Assembly (NCBI GenBank): GCA_903887815.1
Contig: CAISRK010000490.1
Span: forward strand, 1 to 41,401
Reading direction: 5' to 3'
DNA: 41,401 bases
Origin: an uncultured Bacteroidales bacterium
GTDB lineage: Bacteria > Bacteroidota > Bacteroidia > Bacteroidales > UBA4417
Positions within the stretch are counted from its first letter, which is position 1. Each line of letters starts with the position of its first letter. The notes under the pieces were generated by a model. It was not told where the DNA came from. It was given only the letters and a program-made list of their open reading frames with translations, and ran no database searches. The position numbers and the translations under genes were made by a program. Shown here in pieces: positions 39,191 through 41,401 of the stretch.

Positions 39191-40288
39191 TCAATCCAGC
39201 CTTACCTTAAATTTCTTAACGCTAAGCGCAATGAAAAACAAGGCCATCCCGGCTATGATGAGTGTTTCTTTCCAGATATACGTAAAGCCCAGCCCTTTAA
39301 TCATTATCGATTTTACGATAATTATAAACCAGCGAGGCGGCATAATATTACTGATGATCTGTAAGGGAAGCGGCATATTTTCGATAGGGAAAATAAAGCC
39401 CGACAACAATATGGTCGGCAGCATGAGGGCAAACATCGAAAGCATCATAGCCATCTGCTGGCTCTTGCTCACCGTGGAAATAAAAATTCCCAGCGAAAGC
39501 GCCATAACAATAAACAAAAGACTTTCGGCAAGCATGAGCACAAGACTGCCTTTTACAGGCATTCCCAGTACAAAATAGCTCAGCAGGAGTATGGAAAGGG
39601 CATTCACAAAGGCAAGCAATACATAAGGAACTACCTTTCCGGCAATGATCTGGATCGGGCGCATTGGCGATACCAGCAGAATTTCCATGGTTCCCATTTC
39701 TTTTTCACGTGCAATTGATATGGAAGTCATCATCGCAGTGATAAGCATAAGCAGAATTGTAATGACACCCGGTACGAACATAAAGACACTTTTCAGGTCA
39801 GGGTTGTACATCATCTGCGATTCGGTGGTGATTGTGACCGGCAAAGACATTTCTTTCAGGTACTCGCGCTGGTAATCGCTTATTATTGCCGAGGTATAAT
39901 TTACAAGCAGGTTGGCGGTATTCGGGTCGCTGGCATCGGCAATAACCTGGATATTGGCCTGGTGATCTTTTTCAAGCCGTGTTGCAAAATCGCTTTCGAA
40001 AATAATTACTTCTTTTACTTTTCCATGCCTGAATACCTCTTCAATATGGCCTTCGCCCCGCACTTCGTCATTCAAGATAAAAAATCCCGACGAAAGTATT
40101 TTTGATGTTATTTCACGGGTTACCTGGTCGTTGGAGTGATCAATAATTGCTATAGGCGCATTTTTCACTTCCGTTGACAGGGCAAATCCGAACAAAAGAA
40201 CCTGGATGACAGGCATACCAAAAAGAACAATCATCGACCGGTAGTCGCGGAAGATGTGGTAAAACTCTTTGATTATAAAACCTCTCAT
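39191..40288 (-). CDS. ABC-2 type transporter permease (YbhS-like)
   Basis: KEFYHIFRD, YNPDL..FVPG, AREKEMGTMEILLVSP, LSGFIFPIENMP. Confidence 0.92.
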   Translation of the reverse strand: MRGFIIKEFYHIFRDYRSMIVLFGMPVIQVLLFGFALSTEVKNAPIAIIDHSNDQVTREITSKILSSGFFILNDEVRGEGHIEEVFRHGKVKEVIIFESDFATRLEKDHQANIQVIADASDPNTANLLVNYTSAIISDYQREYLKEMSLPVTITTESQMMYNPDLKSVFMFVPGVITILLMLITAMMTSISIAREKEMGTMEILLVSPMRPIQIIAGKVVPYVLLAFVNALSILLLSYFVLGMPVKGSLVLMLAESLLFIVMALSLGIFISTVSKSQQMAMMLSMFALMLPTILLSGFIFPIENMPLPLQIISNIMPPRWFIIIVKSIMIKGLGFTYIWKETLIIAGMALFFIALSVKKFKVRLD

Positions 40289-40291
40289 TTT

Positions 40292-40414
40292 AATTTGCGA
40301 TTTCGGATTTACGATTTACGATTGGCTGGTCATTTATTTCTATTATACTATGGGTTATTTGAATCTGATCCGAGTGTTCTTGATTCGTACCTCGTAAATC
40401 GTAATTCGTAAATC
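40292..40414. repeat. inverted pair of heptamer arrays
   Basis: AATTTGC GATTTCG GATTTAC GATTTAC GATT (40292-40323) and TCGTACC TCGTAAA TCGTAAT TCGTAAA TC (40385-40414). Confidence 0.8.
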
Positions 40415-40424
40415 ACCTTACTTG

Positions 40425-41144
40425 TCAATTCCTTGCTATTTTCAGAAACACCTCCTCAATATTAGCCGCATTGTATTTTAGCTTCAGGTTTGCGGGTGTA
40501 TCGAGTGCTACAATTTTCCCGTCAGCCATTATGCTTACGCGTTTACAGTATTCGGCTTCGTCCATATAGTGAGTGGTCACAAAAACGGTAATTCCCTGGC
40601 TGGCAGTTTCGTAAATGATTTCCCAGAACTGCCTCCGGGTTATCGGATCCACTCCCCCGGTAGGTTCATCGAGAAAAACGATTGAAGGCCGGTGAATAAT
40701 AGCTACTGAAAAAGCCAGTTTCTGTTTCCACCCCAAGGGAAGTGAACCCAGCAACTGGTTTTTTTCACTTTCAAGCCCCAGGCGGCCCAGCAGTTCCGTT
40801 GTTCTTTGTTTAATGGTTGCTGACGAAAGCCCGTAAATGCCCCCGTAAAACTGGAAATTTTCCCATACCGAAAGGTCCTCGAAAAGCGAAAAACGCTGGC
40901 TCATATATCCTATCCGTTTTTTAATCATTTCCGCCTGACGGTAAACATCAAAACCTGCAATCATGACTTTCCCCGATGTAGGTGCCGACAATCCGCAAAG
41001 TATTTTCATTGCGGTGGTTTTCCCTGCCCCGTTTGCACCCAGGAAACCAAATATTTCGCCTTCCTCCACCGAAAAAGTAAGGTGATCGTTGGCTACAAAG
41101 CTTCCGAATTTTTTTACCAGGTTTTCGACTTCGATGATGGGCAT
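40425..41144 (-). CDS. ABC transporter ATP-binding protein (YbhF-like, single NBD)
   Basis: GANGAGKTT, GYMSQRFSL, LPLGWKQKL signature, FLDEPTGGVDP, TTHYMDEAE. Confidence 0.95.
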   Translation of the reverse strand: MPIIEVENLVKKFGSFVANDHLTFSVEEGEIFGFLGANGAGKTTAMKILCGLSAPTSGKVMIAGFDVYRQAEMIKKRIGYMSQRFSLFEDLSVWENFQFYGGIYGLSSATIKQRTTELLGRLGLESEKNQLLGSLPLGWKQKLAFSVAIIHRPSIVFLDEPTGGVDPITRRQFWEIIYETASQGITVFVTTHYMDEAEYCKRVSIMADGKIVALDTPANLKLKYNAANIEEVFLKIARN

Positions 41145-41318
41145 TCAGATAGGGTTTAGGAGTTTGGGATTGGGGATGTCGGATGTCGGATGTATTCTTT
41201 AATTAAAATTTTCAATAACCTGATTATTCCAGGCTTTTAATTTCTGCGGTTATTTTAATCTTATTCCTTAACTAGGTTCCCCTTTAAATTTGGGTCTTGA
41301 AATTTGGAACCTGGAATT

Positions 41319-41401
41319 TTACTCTTTCTTCATCATTTCCATAAAGCTGTCCTCTGTAGTAGGTTCAATCTGTTTAACCTGTACACTTGTGTGTCCAAGG
41401 G
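41319..41401 (-). CDS. 3' end of an upstream gene, probably a second ABC ATP-binding protein (truncated by the window)
   Basis: Minus strand reads ...LGHTSVQVKQIEPTTEDSFMEMMKKE-stop, resembling the 'P(T/S)xEDxF' tail of ABC-2 NBDs; co-oriented with the operon. Confidence 0.6.
   Translation of the reverse strand, partial: LGHTSVQVKQIEPTTEDSFMEMMKKE

Noticed and set aside
810-39875. Numerous 60-200-aa ORFs nested within or antisense to the called genes
   Set aside because: These are shadow ORFs of well-supported genes with no family motifs.
41195-41290. Remnant four-helix-bundle gene between heptamer arms
   Set aside because: Only short frames without a start codon or recognisable motif are present, so a pseudogene call cannot be supported.

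Overview
Chromosomal, mostly housekeeping segment of a Bacteroidota genome (TAnnTTTG -7 promoter boxes upstream of most genes, a T9SS cargo protein, mutY-ssb-gldE-gldD synteny). Genes in order: cysS; a CstA-family transporter divergent from an arginine biosynthesis cluster (argR, GNAT acetyltransferase, argG, argC, argD, argB, argE-like, argH; no transcarbamylase) with tandem ARG boxes; a Gfo/Idh/MocA oxidoreductase; a beta-CASP metallo-beta-lactamase; a stand-alone AAA+ ATPase/wHTH/PD-(D/E)xK (AAA_14-DUF4143) gene; SpmAB; a PKD-domain T9SS protein; pepT, an OPT transporter and an S9 peptidase; mutY, ssb, gldE, gldD; cysD, cysN; a C69 peptidase; a coiled-coil protein; a GT39 glycosyltransferase; a small beta-barrel; and an ABC-2 efflux operon cut by the window end. 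I found no rRNA, tRNA, CRISPR array, transposase or integrase. The most interesting signals are non-coding. (1) Four phased 18-bp palindromes (22-bp period) cover the promoter of the AAA-DUF4143 gene, and the same half-site recurs just after its stop codon. (2) A pervasive set of 7-nt-periodic, often inverted-arm intergenic cassettes begins at or near stop codons inside operons. (3) Two further REP-like doublets are present. All functional interpretations of these are inferences that need comparative genomics.
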